Source: Spirochaetia bacterium (GTDB lineage Bacteria > Spirochaetota > Spirochaetia > CADAEX01). Taken from it: a stretch of 64,000 bases of DNA. Below, one piece after another: positions 1 to 10,578 of the stretch. How positions within the stretch are numbered: position 1 is the first letter of the stretch; every line of letters begins with the position of its first letter. The DNA is taken from assembly GCA_963662265.2 (NCBI GenBank), contig CAXXHA010000032.1, forward strand, positions 32,001-96,000. The letters run 5' to 3'. Under the pieces are notes generated by a model. That model was given only the letters and a program-made list of their open reading frames with translations. It was not told where the DNA came from and did no database searches. A program made the translations under genes and the position numbers.

Positions 1-3
1 ATT

Positions 4-1227
4 ATGGATGGAAGAGAAATTATACTTTTAAACGTATCAGGAGAAGACAAACCAGGTCTTACAGCAACACTGACAAAAATTCTTGCTGATTATGATGTTA
101 ACATTCTTGATATCGGTCAGGCAGTAATACATGATGTACTGTCGCTGGGTATACTGTTTGAAGTACCCGGAAAGCATAATTCCTCGCCAATCCTGAAAGA
201 TCTCCTTTTTAAAACTCATGAACTTGGAATAAATGTCAAATTCGATCCTATCCCGGAAGAACATTACTCAGAATGGGTCAATTCCCAGGGAAGAGACCTT
301 TTCATTATTACACTTCTGGGAAGGGAACTGACATCAAATCATATTTCAGAAATAACAACTATTATCTATGACCAGGGATTCAATATAGATAAAATTGACA
401 GGCTCTCCGAGAGGATTCCTGTTGGATGCGAAGACAACAGGAAAATAAAGAGGTCCTGTATAGAATTTGCAGTAAGAGGAACTCCTGACAATATTTCTGA
501 AATGAAAAAGAAATTTCTTGAAATAAGCCATGAACAGAATATTGATATTTCATTTCAGAAAGACAATATATACAGACGAAACAGAAGGCTTATCTGCTTT
601 GACATGGATTCAACACTGATACAGTGCGAGGTTATTGTAGAGCTTGCAAAACGGGCAGGTGTTGGTGAAAAAGTTGCCGAAATTACAGAAGCTGCAATGA
701 GGGGGGAATTCGACTTCAAGGAAAGCTTCAAAAGACGGGTAGCACTTCTTAAAGGGCTTGATGAGTCTGTCATGAAGGAAATAGCTGAAAGCCTTCCCAT
801 AACAGAAGGGGCTGAAAGGTTAATCAGAAACCTGAAGCACCTGGGATACAAGGTTGCAATACTTTCAGGAGGTTTCACTTACTTCGGAAATCATCTGAAG
901 AAAGTACTTGGCGTCGACTATGTATTTTCCAATGAACTTGAAATAAAGAACGGAAAACTCACAGGGAAACATGTGGGTGAAATTGTTGACGGTGCGAAAA
1001 AAGCGGAATACCTGAAGACACTCATTGAAATTGAAAAAATCCACCCTGACCAGAGTATTGCGGTGGGAGACGGTGCCAATGATCTTCCAATGATCAATCT
1101 CGCGGGGCTTGGCGTGGCATTCCATGCGAAACCGGTTGTAAAGGAAAACTCAGAATATTCAATATCATCTCTCGGCCTTGATGGTCTTCTATACCTTCTC
1201 GGATTCAGAGACAGGGATGTAATTTAA
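4..1227 (+). CDS. serB: Phosphoserine phosphatase with two N-terminal ACT domains
   Basis: ACT motifs (GEDKPGLTA; DIGQAVIH), HAD motif I FDMDSTLI, motif II SGGF, motif IV GDGANDLPM. Confidence 0.95.
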   Translation: MDGREIILLNVSGEDKPGLTATLTKILADYDVNILDIGQAVIHDVLSLGILFEVPGKHNSSPILKDLLFKTHELGINVKFDPIPEEHYSEWVNSQGRDLFIITLLGRELTSNHISEITTIIYDQGFNIDKIDRLSERIPVGCEDNRKIKRSCIEFAVRGTPDNISEMKKKFLEISHEQNIDISFQKDNIYRRNRRLICFDMDSTLIQCEVIVELAKRAGVGEKVAEITEAAMRGEFDFKESFKRRVALLKGLDESVMKEIAESLPITEGAERLIRNLKHLGYKVAILSGGFTYFGNHLKKVLGVDYVFSNELEIKNGKLTGKHVGEIVDGAKKAEYLKTLIEIEKIHPDQSIAVGDGANDLPMINLAGLGVAFHAKPVVKENSEYSISSLGLDGLLYLLGFRDRDVI

Positions 1228-1472
1228 GTATCCCGGATCATGAGAATTCTGTTCTGTTTCATGTTATAATTCAGCAGCTTCCACCTGCTGGCATGCCGGA
1301 AAAGACAGGTATTAACATCTTGTAGGCATTTCTGGAAATACGTGTTTTTTCCTTTGATACCTGAAAGCAGGGAAATATCATAAAATACAGGCTGAAAGCT
1401 GCCGGTAATATTTATCAGAAGCATTCAGCCTTTTTTTCAATAATGATTCCAGTTAAGAAAACATCTTTTAAA

Positions 1473-1519
1473 CAAAAAGCCCCGCATTTATAAACAGTCA
1501 AGACGGATGCAAGGCTTTT
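1473..1519. terminator. Probable bidirectional intrinsic terminator between convergent serB and TRAP permease
   Basis: Imperfect hairpin aaaagcc..gcat / atgc..ggctttt with A-run and T-run flanks. Confidence 0.45.
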
Positions 1520-1548
1520 GTGCAATGTTAAATCTATGTTTAAGTATT

Positions 1549-3615
1549 TTAAATCACTTTGGCAGATTCTTTCGCAAGCCTTCTCTTCTGTACAAGAATA
1601 ATTCCGAAATAAACCGCTACAGAGAGAACTGAAACAATTATACTTTTCCCGCCGATTCCAATCATATCAGCAACAAGATATGGCCTGAAAAGTGTGAAAG
1701 TTATTATTATCAGCATTACAGTCTCATACCACCTGTTTTTCATCACAGTGAAATTCTGTGTTCCTGATGAGAAGGCAAACATGGCAATAAGCGAAGTAAA
1801 GAAAATCCATACAACCTTATAGACTGATGATATTCCGATCAGGAGAAGGTCTGTATTGAATATGAAAATAAAGGGAAGTATTACAGTTCTCAGTGAATAG
1901 CTGAATGCCTGTATTCCTGTTTTTATCGGATTTGATTTTGCAAGTGCCGCGGCTGCAAATGCTGCAAGTCCAACCGGGGGGGTAACATCGGCGAGTATTC
2001 CGAAAAAGAATACAAACAAATGTGCCGCAATAAGGGGAAATTCAACCCCTGCCTTTGCCCCGAGTGTCACAATAACAGGGGCTGTAAGTGTTGCCATTAC
2101 TATGTAGTTGGCTGTAGTCGGGAGCCCCATACCGAGTATGAGACTTGCTATTGCAGTAATTACAAGGATGAGTATAAAATTCCCCCCTGAGAGTATTTCA
2201 ATAACCTCTGTAATAATTCCGCCCAGCCCGAGAGTAACAACACCTACAATAATACCGGCAGCTGCAACTGCAACACCGATTCCCATCATGTTTTTTCCGC
2301 CTGCAACAAGCGCGTCATAAATCTGCCTTGCACTCATTATAAGAGCCTCTTTCAGGGATCCTCCGTCCCTCCTTGCAATTATAATATTCTGCACAGGAAT
2401 AAGTACTGCAAGAACACAGATAGCCTTGAAAGCTGCAAGCTGAGGAGAATGCCTGAAAACAACAAGTTCAATAATAAGGAACAGAAGCGGAAGCATGAAG
2501 TGAAGACCGGAAATAAGAGTCTTGAAAAAGTTCGGTATCTCATCTTTTGGAAGTCCTTTGAGTCCCAGTTTTCCAGCTTCAATATGTGATATATAAACAA
2601 GAGCAACATATGCAATTACTGCAGGAATAAAAGCTGCTTTGATAACTTCGAAATAAGGTATGTTGCAGTATTCTGCTATTATGAACGCTGCAGCTCCCAT
2701 GATAGGGGGCATCAGCTGGCCGTTTGTACTGCATGCAACCTCTACAGCCCCAGCCTTGTGTGCCGGGTACCCGACACTCTTCATGAGCGGTATTGTAAAT
2801 GTCCCGGTAGTTACTGTGTTTGCAATACTTGACCCGGAGACCATTCCGGTAAGACCGCTTGCAAGAATTGCAGCTTTTGCAGGCCCCCCCCTGAAACGTC
2901 CGAGGAGAGAAAACGCTATATCAACGAAATATTTCCCCGCCCCGGCCTTGTCAAGCATTGCCCCGAAAAGGACAAACAGAAATACAATAGTTGCAGATAC
3001 ATCAAGTGGAACACCGTAAATACCTTCAGTCGAAAGAGTAAGCTGTCCCAGGAAACGGTTTACAGATACCCCTTTAAAAGCTATGACAGCAGGCATATAG
3101 GGGCCGAAAAAAGCATAAAGAATAAAAAAAGATGCAATCACAGACAGGGCTGGTCCCAGTGATCTTCTTGCAGCTTCAAGAAGCAGCACAATCAAAACAA
3201 AACCGACAATTATATCGCGGGGAAGAGGCGAGCCCTGCCTGGTGCTGATTCCAACATAATCAAATGCAATGTAAAGAGCTGCAAGGGAAGCAGTCAGTGC
3301 TATTGCCAGATCAAACATTGTAATTCTGTCCCTGGAGGCAAAATAGTTGAGGATCCTGTTCTTTTTGGGCTTTTTAAAAAAAGGATGGCTCAAAAATACA
3401 AGAAAAATTGCAAATGCAAAATGTATTGCCCTGACAATTGTCGAATTAAGGAGCAGAAATGTTGCAAGTGAAAGCTGAAAAAGGGACCAGGCTGCAGCAA
3501 CTGCGGGGATAAGCCATTTAGTCCAGTTATCAATTTTTCTTAAATCACCTTCAGCTTCATCAACTATCCTCTGTGCCTCATCAATATCTTCTCTCTTTAT
3601 TTCATCAATAGCCAA
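1549..3615 (-). CDS. TAXI-type TRAP transporter fused 4TM/12TM permease
   Basis: Motifs RGGPAKAA, SGSSIANTVTTGTFTIP, GQLMPPIMGAAAF, LGMGLPTTANY, ADVTPPV; TTG start with AGGAGA RBS. Confidence 0.93.
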   Translation of the reverse strand: MAIDEIKREDIDEAQRIVDEAEGDLRKIDNWTKWLIPAVAAAWSLFQLSLATFLLLNSTIVRAIHFAFAIFLVFLSHPFFKKPKKNRILNYFASRDRITMFDLAIALTASLAALYIAFDYVGISTRQGSPLPRDIIVGFVLIVLLLEAARRSLGPALSVIASFFILYAFFGPYMPAVIAFKGVSVNRFLGQLTLSTEGIYGVPLDVSATIVFLFVLFGAMLDKAGAGKYFVDIAFSLLGRFRGGPAKAAILASGLTGMVSGSSIANTVTTGTFTIPLMKSVGYPAHKAGAVEVACSTNGQLMPPIMGAAAFIIAEYCNIPYFEVIKAAFIPAVIAYVALVYISHIEAGKLGLKGLPKDEIPNFFKTLISGLHFMLPLLFLIIELVVFRHSPQLAAFKAICVLAVLIPVQNIIIARRDGGSLKEALIMSARQIYDALVAGGKNMMGIGVAVAAAGIIVGVVTLGLGGIITEVIEILSGGNFILILVITAIASLILGMGLPTTANYIVMATLTAPVIVTLGAKAGVEFPLIAAHLFVFFFGILADVTPPVGLAAFAAAALAKSNPIKTGIQAFSYSLRTVILPFIFIFNTDLLLIGISSVYKVVWIFFTSLIAMFAFSSGTQNFTVMKNRWYETVMLIIITFTLFRPYLVADMIGIGGKSIIVSVLSVAVYFGIILVQKRRLAKESAKVI

Positions 3616-4019
3616 ATTCTGTCTCCTGTATCTGTTGTATGATCCTGTTTTGCAATAACGGAAAAACGGGATATTTTAATTTACACTTACAATATCTTCA
3701 TTACAAACAGGATATACAGACAAGCCTGTTTACTCTGCAGGAATAAAAACCGTAATATAAAGGTATATACTGTAAGGATTAGTCAGCATAATGACCCGGT
3801 ACCGGGCAAATAAAATGCATGTCCAGATTGTATTTTAAATGAATATATTAAAGCAGTAAATAGCTCTGAAATTGAAGGACAGTTTTTTTGGCAGGATTGC
3901 CGGCTTTTTTATCAGGCAGAAACTTTTCAGCAGAAATTATCAGTAGAATTTAAAAGAGGCTTCCATAATCAGCAGAAGCCTCTCTTATCAGTATTGTTTT
4001 AATACTTGTGATATCTATA

Positions 4020-5006
4020 TTACTTGAGTCCTGCTTCCTTGAAGTATTTCATTGCACCGTCATGAATCGGAGCAGAAAGACCTGTAAGCATGCTTTCTTT
4101 TGTTATATCTGCAAATGCAGGATGAAGAGTCTTGAAATCTTCGAGATTGTCGAAAAGCTCTTTTGTTATTGCATAAACAATATCATCACTCACATCAGAA
4201 GAAGTACAGAGAGTAGCTTTAACACCATATGTTACAGCATCATCCTTGTTTGTAGCATTTGGATAGTATTTTACAGGAATTGTTGATTTTGCAAAATAAG
4301 GGAATTCAGCAAGAAGATTATCAACCTTATCAATGCTTACAAAATGTGTTTTTCTTGTACCGGCAGTAGCTTCCTTGAAAGAACCGTTAGGATGACCTAC
4401 TGTATAGAAATAAGCATCAATTCTTCCGTCCTGAAGCATTTTTGCACATTCTGACGGTTTAAGTCCTTCAGGAGTAATATCTTTTTCCCAGTCCATGCCG
4501 TAAGCCTTGAATGTTTCAATTGCATTTCCCCTGTTTCCGCTTCCCGGATTACCGATATTTACAACCTTACCCTTGAGGCTTTCAAAATCTGTAATTCCCG
4601 CGTCATCAGCAGCAAGAAGTGTAATTGATTCCGGATAGATGGAACATACTGCTCTTAATTTTTCCTGTTTTCCTTTTTCTGCCCACTCTGCAGTTCCATA
4701 GTATGCCTGATACTGTCTGTCAGACTGAACCATACCGAACTCGAGGTCACCTGCAAGAATAGCATTTACATTGAATACTGATCCGCCTGTAGATTCAACT
4801 GTAACTTTAAGGTTATATATATCAGATTTTTTGTTGACAATTTTACTGATAGAACCGCCTGTAGGATAGTAAGTACCGGTAACTCCCCCTGTACCTATTG
4901 TTGCAAATTTCAGAGCTCCTGATTTTGTATCTGATTCACTTTTGCTGCATGACATTACTGATGCAAGCAGCATAACTGCAAGCAGTACTGTTAAAAGCTT
5001 TTTCAC
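4020..5006 (-). CDS. TAXI family TRAP solute-binding lipoprotein
   Basis: Lipoprotein signal (VMSC), GTGGVTGTYYPTGG, STGGSVFN, PIHDGAMKYF; GTG start with AAGGAG RBS. Confidence 0.93.
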   Translation of the reverse strand: MKKLLTVLLAVMLLASVMSCSKSESDTKSGALKFATIGTGGVTGTYYPTGGSISKIVNKKSDIYNLKVTVESTGGSVFNVNAILAGDLEFGMVQSDRQYQAYYGTAEWAEKGKQEKLRAVCSIYPESITLLAADDAGITDFESLKGKVVNIGNPGSGNRGNAIETFKAYGMDWEKDITPEGLKPSECAKMLQDGRIDAYFYTVGHPNGSFKEATAGTRKTHFVSIDKVDNLLAEFPYFAKSTIPVKYYPNATNKDDAVTYGVKATLCTSSDVSDDIVYAITKELFDNLEDFKTLHPAFADITKESMLTGLSAPIHDGAMKYFKEAGLK

Positions 5007-5049
5007 TAGATGTCTCCTTTGATGATTTATAAAGATATATCTTTATGAA

Positions 5050-5078
5050 ATTGTACAGATATTCACAGAATTTAGCAA
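5050..5078 (-). promoter_or_regulatory. Sigma70-type promoter of TAXI gene
   Basis: TTGCTA-N17-TACAAT on the minus strand. Confidence 0.55.
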
Positions 5079-5282
5079 TAAATATTAATAACAATATCAG
5101 CAGGGTAACTTCAGGTTATAAATAGATATGGAGGAATCTCAACCCGCTCATCCATGGTGTAATATTGCAGCCAACTTTCCGGGATATGCGGAAGTTATTC
5201 CCCTGTAAAACCGGTGTTAAAATGTTTAAGGTATTTTCCCCGGGGCAAAGGAAGGAGAACAAAACCTTCCTTTAGAAAAAAT

Positions 5283-5317
5283 AAAAAAATGCGGTTTCCC
5301 CTGGGGAAGAACCGCAT
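5283..5317 (-). terminator. Intrinsic terminator downstream of ettA
   Basis: ATGCGGTT...AACCGCAT stem followed by U-tract on the minus strand. Confidence 0.75.
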
Positions 5318-5332
5318 CATATAATTTTATAA

Positions 5333-5366
5333 TCCCGTGTCAGGTGCCGCTACTCTGCAAGGCTGG
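5333..5366 (-). repeat. Degenerate direct repeat of the ettA 3' end
   Basis: 5333-5354 matches 5479-5500 at 19/22 nt, then a further 10/12 match after a 5-nt gap. Confidence 0.7.
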
Positions 5367-5474
5367 ACACCGGGGCAGCATGATTCTCAAAACATACGAA
5401 TCATCTGCCAAGTGCCGTTGCTTAATGCTTCAGGGTACATGAACATAATAATTTTCAATAAAAAACAGGATAAA

Positions 5475-7160
5475 TTAGTCCCTTGTCAGGTGCCTGTACT
5501 TGATCCTGTGAGGCTGGTCTGCATCTATGCCGAGCCTTTTCTTTCTGTCAGCCTCATACTCTGAGTAGTTGCCTTCAAACCAGTAAACCTTGCTGTCTCC
5601 CTCGAAAGCAAGAATATGTGTTGCAATCCTGTCAAGGAACCACCTGTCGTGGCTTATGACAACAGCACAGCCTGCAAAGTTCAGAAGTCCCTCTTCAAGA
5701 GCACGGAGAGTGTTGACATCAAGGTCGTTGGTCGGCTCATCAAGAAGAAGAACATTAGCCTCTTCCTTAAGCATCATCGCAAGGTTAACCCTGTTTCTTT
5801 CTCCACCGGAAAGCACTTCAAGTTTTTTCTGCTGATCAGCTCCGGTAAAATTAAACCTGGCAACATAGGCACGGGAATTCATCTCCTTGCTTCCGATTTT
5901 TACTATATCGCTGTTGCCGGAAATTGTTTCCCAGATAGTCTTATTGTCATCAAGCCCTTCCCTTGTCTGGTCGACATGGGCAAGTTTAACAGTTTCACCG
6001 AGTTTAATGCTTCCGTTGTCAGGTGTTTCAACACCTGTAATCATCTTAAACAGTGTTGTCTTACCAGCTCCGTTAGGCCCTACTATACCGATAATACCTC
6101 CGGGAGGCAGGGTAAAATCCATGCCTTCGACAAGTATCCTGTCCTCAAAGCTCTTTGTAATATTTTTAGCTTCAATAACCACATCACCAAGCCGGGGTCC
6201 CGGCGGAATATAAATCTGAAGATCAGAGAGGGTCGCTTTTGCCTCCTGGCTCAACAGGTTCTCGTATGAACTGATCCTTGCCTTTGATTTTGCATGTCGC
6301 CCCTTGGGATTCATTCTGATCCATTCAAGCTCTTTCTGGAGAGTCTTCTGTCTTTCAGTTTCCTGTTTGGCTTCCTGAGCAAGCCTGTTTTCCTTCTGCT
6401 CAAGCCATGATGAATAGTTACCTTTCCATGGAATTCCCTTGCCCCTGTCAAGCTCTAGAATCCAGCCTGCAACATTATCTAGAAAATACCTGTCATGAGT
6501 TACTGCAATAATTGTACCCTCATATCTCTGGAGATGGTGTTCAAGCCATGCAACAGTTTCAGCATCAAGATGGTTTGTCGGTTCATCAAGGAGGAGAATA
6601 TCAGGTTTCTGAAGGAGAAGACGGCAGAGAGCCACCCTTCTTTTCTCCCCTCCTGAAAGGACCTGAACTTTAGTATCTTCAGGCGGGCACCTGAGTGCAT
6701 CCATTGCCATTTCAAGCCTTGAATCAAGCTCCCATGCATCTGCAGCATCAAGTTCCTCCTGGACCTTTCCCTGCCGGATGAGAAGCTTGTCCATCTCATC
6801 ATCATCCATAGGCTCGCCGAATTTTTCATTGATCTCATCAAACTCTTTAAGAAGAGCAACAACAGGGCCCACACCCTCTTCAACAATATCCCTTACTGTT
6901 TTTTCAGGATCAAGTTCAGGTTCCTGTTCAAGATAGCCCAGTGTATATCCTGGGCTTACAGCAGTTTCACCGTTGAACTCCTTGTCGACTCCTGCAAGTA
7001 TTTTCAGGAGGGAACTTTTCCCGGATCCGTTGAGACCAAGGACACCTATTTTTGCCCCGTAGAAATAGGAAAGTGAAATATCTTCAAGAACCTTTTTTGT
7101 ACCGTGGCTCTTGCTTACCCTCATCATCGAGTAAATTATTTTTTTATCATCATCAGCCAT
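5475..7160 (-). CDS. ettA: ABC-F energy-dependent translational throttle protein EttA
   Basis: Two ABC cassettes, AKIGVLGLNGSGKS, GIPWKGNYSSWLEQK linker, C-terminal PHRIKYRHL. Confidence 0.95.
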   Translation of the reverse strand: MADDDKKIIYSMMRVSKSHGTKKVLEDISLSYFYGAKIGVLGLNGSGKSSLLKILAGVDKEFNGETAVSPGYTLGYLEQEPELDPEKTVRDIVEEGVGPVVALLKEFDEINEKFGEPMDDDEMDKLLIRQGKVQEELDAADAWELDSRLEMAMDALRCPPEDTKVQVLSGGEKRRVALCRLLLQKPDILLLDEPTNHLDAETVAWLEHHLQRYEGTIIAVTHDRYFLDNVAGWILELDRGKGIPWKGNYSSWLEQKENRLAQEAKQETERQKTLQKELEWIRMNPKGRHAKSKARISSYENLLSQEAKATLSDLQIYIPPGPRLGDVVIEAKNITKSFEDRILVEGMDFTLPPGGIIGIVGPNGAGKTTLFKMITGVETPDNGSIKLGETVKLAHVDQTREGLDDNKTIWETISGNSDIVKIGSKEMNSRAYVARFNFTGADQQKKLEVLSGGERNRVNLAMMLKEEANVLLLDEPTNDLDVNTLRALEEGLLNFAGCAVVISHDRWFLDRIATHILAFEGDSKVYWFEGNYSEYEADRKKRLGIDADQPHRIKYRHLTRD

Positions 7161-7453
7161 AATATCTCCTTTAACATGATCAGTTTATATGCAATTCCTA
7201 AAATTATATTTTTTGAAGTATTGTTCCATAAAATCTGCATTCTCCGGTGAAGATCTAACTCACAGCAGAATTTTTTAACTACATTTCATTGTATGATCTA
7301 TACTTACATAAAATCCGGAATCAGTCTATCACCGGTAAATCATGAGCATGAGTATTATAGATATTGAGCTGTTTATTCAACTGAAATTTAAAAAAATCTG
7401 TAAAATATTTTAACAGAGGATTTTCAGAATATTTTAAAACATCTATGCATAAA

Positions 7454-10351
7454 TCAAACAGGCAGCTTTATCTTATCCAATTTATATCTGGAAAAATATT
7501 CACTGTATGATTCAAGCGCTTCACTGCCGCACAGAGAGGATCTTGAAGCGCTGTTGTAGTTTTCATAGAGCCGTTCAGCAGCTTTTACGATATCACTGAC
7601 AGTTGTTTTCAGCATTCTTTCTCTGTTTTTCTGCCTTATCTCATCCGAAAGGCCGTATAAATACCTTCTGATGTTTACATGACCTTTTTCTCCGGGGGAA
7701 AGAGGCTTTATCTCTTTTCCGACACAGTTGAGAACTGCTTTAAAAAGTTCATCCTTTGTAATATTTCCATCAATAATATATTTGAGAGAATCATGGAAAG
7801 CATCCTGTGTCCCTCTTATTGAAGGGTCCCTGTAGGATGAAAAGGTAAGAATACCCTCCATGCCGTTGACTGCAGAACCGACACCGTAAGCACCGTTTTC
7901 CATCCTCACCTTCTCCCAGAGGAAACCTGTATCAATAATCCTTGTCAAAAGCTTTTCATGGATAAATTCCCTGCTTCCCGATCTTGATGCCCTGATCACA
8001 GCAGCGTTGTAATTGACAAGCGACGGAATAATCATAGCCTGATAATTATTACCTGCCGCGCCTGATTCATTATTATCATCATAGACAGGGGAAGATGAAA
8101 CAGACTGGGGATTCTTTAAATACCTTGAAAGTATTTCAGAATTTTTTTCAAAACACTTTTTGTCTGATGTGAGTCCCGCAGTTACAGTTGCGTTATTGAC
8201 AATCCAGTCCCTTATTTTCTTGAGTATGCCTGCGGTATTTCTGATGACATCGGGATTCTCGGTATCAATATCTGTCAGAAACATCACCTGATCAGCTCCT
8301 GCCCATCCGGCCTGCCTTTTCAGCGACCTGCTCATTTTTTTTGATGCTGCAAGGGATGCGACATAGTTGCCTCTCCTAAGGAGTGATGCCCTGAAATCGC
8401 TTTTAAGCTCTGTGATAATATCTTTCAGTCTGTCATGATCATCAAAATCTGCCCCTTCAAGTATGCTGAAAACAAGATCAGACGCGCTTTCAAAACGCTC
8501 TTCAATAGCCTTATACCTCACAATTACATATTCATTGATACTGCTGTCAAAAGCCTTGCCTGTCTCTGGAAAAACAAAGAAACCGCCTGTGTTGAGCGCA
8601 AGTTCCCTTGCAACATCATAAAACGGGACTCCCGGCAGGCCTGATTCCCTCATTGCTCTAGCAAAGAGCGGAATATACATTTTCAGCTCTTCATCCATCG
8701 TTCTTATGTCATAGAAAAAATCAGCATAGACTATGCCGGCAGTAAAATAATCATGATAGAAGCAGGGTGAGGAATTTATCCTCCCTTCTGTATAGTCAAT
8801 TGTAAGCACTTTCCCGGGGATGTCGCTTTTATCAAGAACAGGTATTTTCCTGAGATCCTCTTCGCTGTCCCTGCTGTCCCTGTATTTTTCAAACAGGTCA
8901 GTATCTTCTTCAAGCTGCTCAGGGTTTATTTCGGGAATATATTCATCCTCTTCCTTAACATCACTGCTGTCAGGCTTTACAGTAACAATAGAACGGTGAC
9001 TGTTTTTAAGGAGCTTTTCTTTAATAAGCTTCTCAAAGTAATGCTCATCTTTTTCAAGGTTGCTTCTTACAGTTTTCATGTGGCTGGTGAAACCGATTGT
9101 ATGTGAAGGTTCTTTCCCATGAAGCCATCCCTGGCATGTCATATCCATGAGAAAAAGCCCGTACGGCCTTCCCCCTTTTATTTCACGGTTTACAAATTCC
9201 GCTGTCCTTAACGCTCCCTCTATCAGGTTTTTATCAAGCCCTTCAGACGCAGCCTTTTCAAGAGTATTGAAAATCAGCTTTTCAAAATCCTCTTCCCTCC
9301 CGGGGGATGTATCTCTCATACCTACTGAAAAGACAATCTGCCTGAGGTCTGTATCAATTCCGCTTACAGGGGCGAGATCCCCGCCTATATCAGATTTTAC
9401 AATTTCAAGATACAAAGGAGATGCGGAAGAACCTATCAGGATTTCTGTAAGAAGCTCCATTTCAAGGGCTTCAACAGGATCTGTTGAATCTCCGCAGAGC
9501 CAGTTGAGTGTTATACTGCATATACCCTTGCCATCCTCTGAATGGGATGTCCTGACAAGTTTTAACGGTTCTATTTTTTCCTGAAGAGGTGTTTCAGGGG
9601 GGCTGAATTCAGGTTTTGAAAAACTCTTAAGGAAATTCTCCTGCAGGAATTCAAGCTGTTTTTCTGTATCAAAGGAGCCGTAAAGAAAGATTCTGCAGTT
9701 TGATGGGTGATAGTATATTTTGTGGAATTCAAGAAATTCCTCATATGTCAGCTTCTTAATTTCATCAGGCATACCGCCGGAATCGTATTTATAGTTGTTA
9801 TCAGGAAAAAGGGAGCGGTAAGACCATTCCGCAAGAACAGAGTTATGATCGCTATAGCTTCCCTTCATTTCATTGAATACAATTCCTCCGGGTACTAGCT
9901 TATCGCCCTCTTTTTCATACCTTATCCCCTCCTGCATGAATGTCTCCTTCTTCAGAAGAGGGTAAAATACAGCATCCCCGTAAACCTTCATGAGGTTGAA
10001 ATAATCTTTTTCAACCGTACTTGCCCCGGGATAGACTGTTTTATCAGGATATGTCATTGCATTCAGAAATGTGTACATGCTGCTTTTCAGAAGCTCGATA
10101 AACGGATCCCTGAGGGGAAATTCCCTTGAACCGGCAAGAACAGAATGTTCTATAATATGCGCAGTCCCTTTGTTGCCCAGGGGGAGAGTCCTGAAAATAA
10201 AGGAAAAGAAATTCTCCTCGCTGTCATTTGCTATATGATATAAATCGCATCCGGTTTCTTCATGGATAAATCTTTTTCCGGATGATCTGTACTCGCCGAG
10301 ATCATCCTCAGAAACAAATTTAAAACCGTATTTTGATTCGCCAATTTTCAT
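7454..10351 (-). CDS. M16C insulinase-family Zn metallopeptidase (PreP/Cym1-like)
   Basis: Inverted zinc motif HIIEH (HxxEH), FLNAMTYPDKTVYP, GIVFNEMKG, VRMENGAYG, SYRDP. Confidence 0.92.
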   Translation of the reverse strand: MKIGESKYGFKFVSEDDLGEYRSSGKRFIHEETGCDLYHIANDSEENFFSFIFRTLPLGNKGTAHIIEHSVLAGSREFPLRDPFIELLKSSMYTFLNAMTYPDKTVYPGASTVEKDYFNLMKVYGDAVFYPLLKKETFMQEGIRYEKEGDKLVPGGIVFNEMKGSYSDHNSVLAEWSYRSLFPDNNYKYDSGGMPDEIKKLTYEEFLEFHKIYYHPSNCRIFLYGSFDTEKQLEFLQENFLKSFSKPEFSPPETPLQEKIEPLKLVRTSHSEDGKGICSITLNWLCGDSTDPVEALEMELLTEILIGSSASPLYLEIVKSDIGGDLAPVSGIDTDLRQIVFSVGMRDTSPGREEDFEKLIFNTLEKAASEGLDKNLIEGALRTAEFVNREIKGGRPYGLFLMDMTCQGWLHGKEPSHTIGFTSHMKTVRSNLEKDEHYFEKLIKEKLLKNSHRSIVTVKPDSSDVKEEDEYIPEINPEQLEEDTDLFEKYRDSRDSEEDLRKIPVLDKSDIPGKVLTIDYTEGRINSSPCFYHDYFTAGIVYADFFYDIRTMDEELKMYIPLFARAMRESGLPGVPFYDVARELALNTGGFFVFPETGKAFDSSINEYVIVRYKAIEERFESASDLVFSILEGADFDDHDRLKDIITELKSDFRASLLRRGNYVASLAASKKMSRSLKRQAGWAGADQVMFLTDIDTENPDVIRNTAGILKKIRDWIVNNATVTAGLTSDKKCFEKNSEILSRYLKNPQSVSSSPVYDDNNESGAAGNNYQAMIIPSLVNYNAAVIRASRSGSREFIHEKLLTRIIDTGFLWEKVRMENGAYGVGSAVNGMEGILTFSSYRDPSIRGTQDAFHDSLKYIIDGNITKDELFKAVLNCVGKEIKPLSPGEKGHVNIRRYLYGLSDEIRQKNRERMLKTTVSDIVKAAERLYENYNSASRSSLCGSEALESYSEYFSRYKLDKIKLPV

Positions 10352-10578
10352 TAATAATTACTCCCCGGTTGTTTTCTTTCAGATGCTGTGTCAGGCTTTA
10401 TTAAGTCAAAACACGGCATCATGGTCTGATTCAACAGACAATGCTTTCATATCTGAAGCTCATGATTTCACCTTAATGCCTTCTCAAACTCCCAGGGTAA
10501 TTATTACCCTGTTGTGTTTTCAGCCTGCAGGCAGCTTAAGGCATTTTATCATTCAATAGAGCTGTCAATTTCAGGCTG

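Noticed and set aside
5333-5420. SRP (4.5S) RNA or riboswitch suggested by CCGTGTCAGGT
   Set aside because: Lacks the CCGGAAGGAAGCAGC domain IV motif; better explained as a duplicate of the ettA 3' end
5616-6269. 217-aa antisense ORF in ettA and similar antisense ORFs (9147-9584, 18194-18796, 58347-58844)
   Set aside because: Fully nested opposite well-conserved genes, with no recognisable motifs
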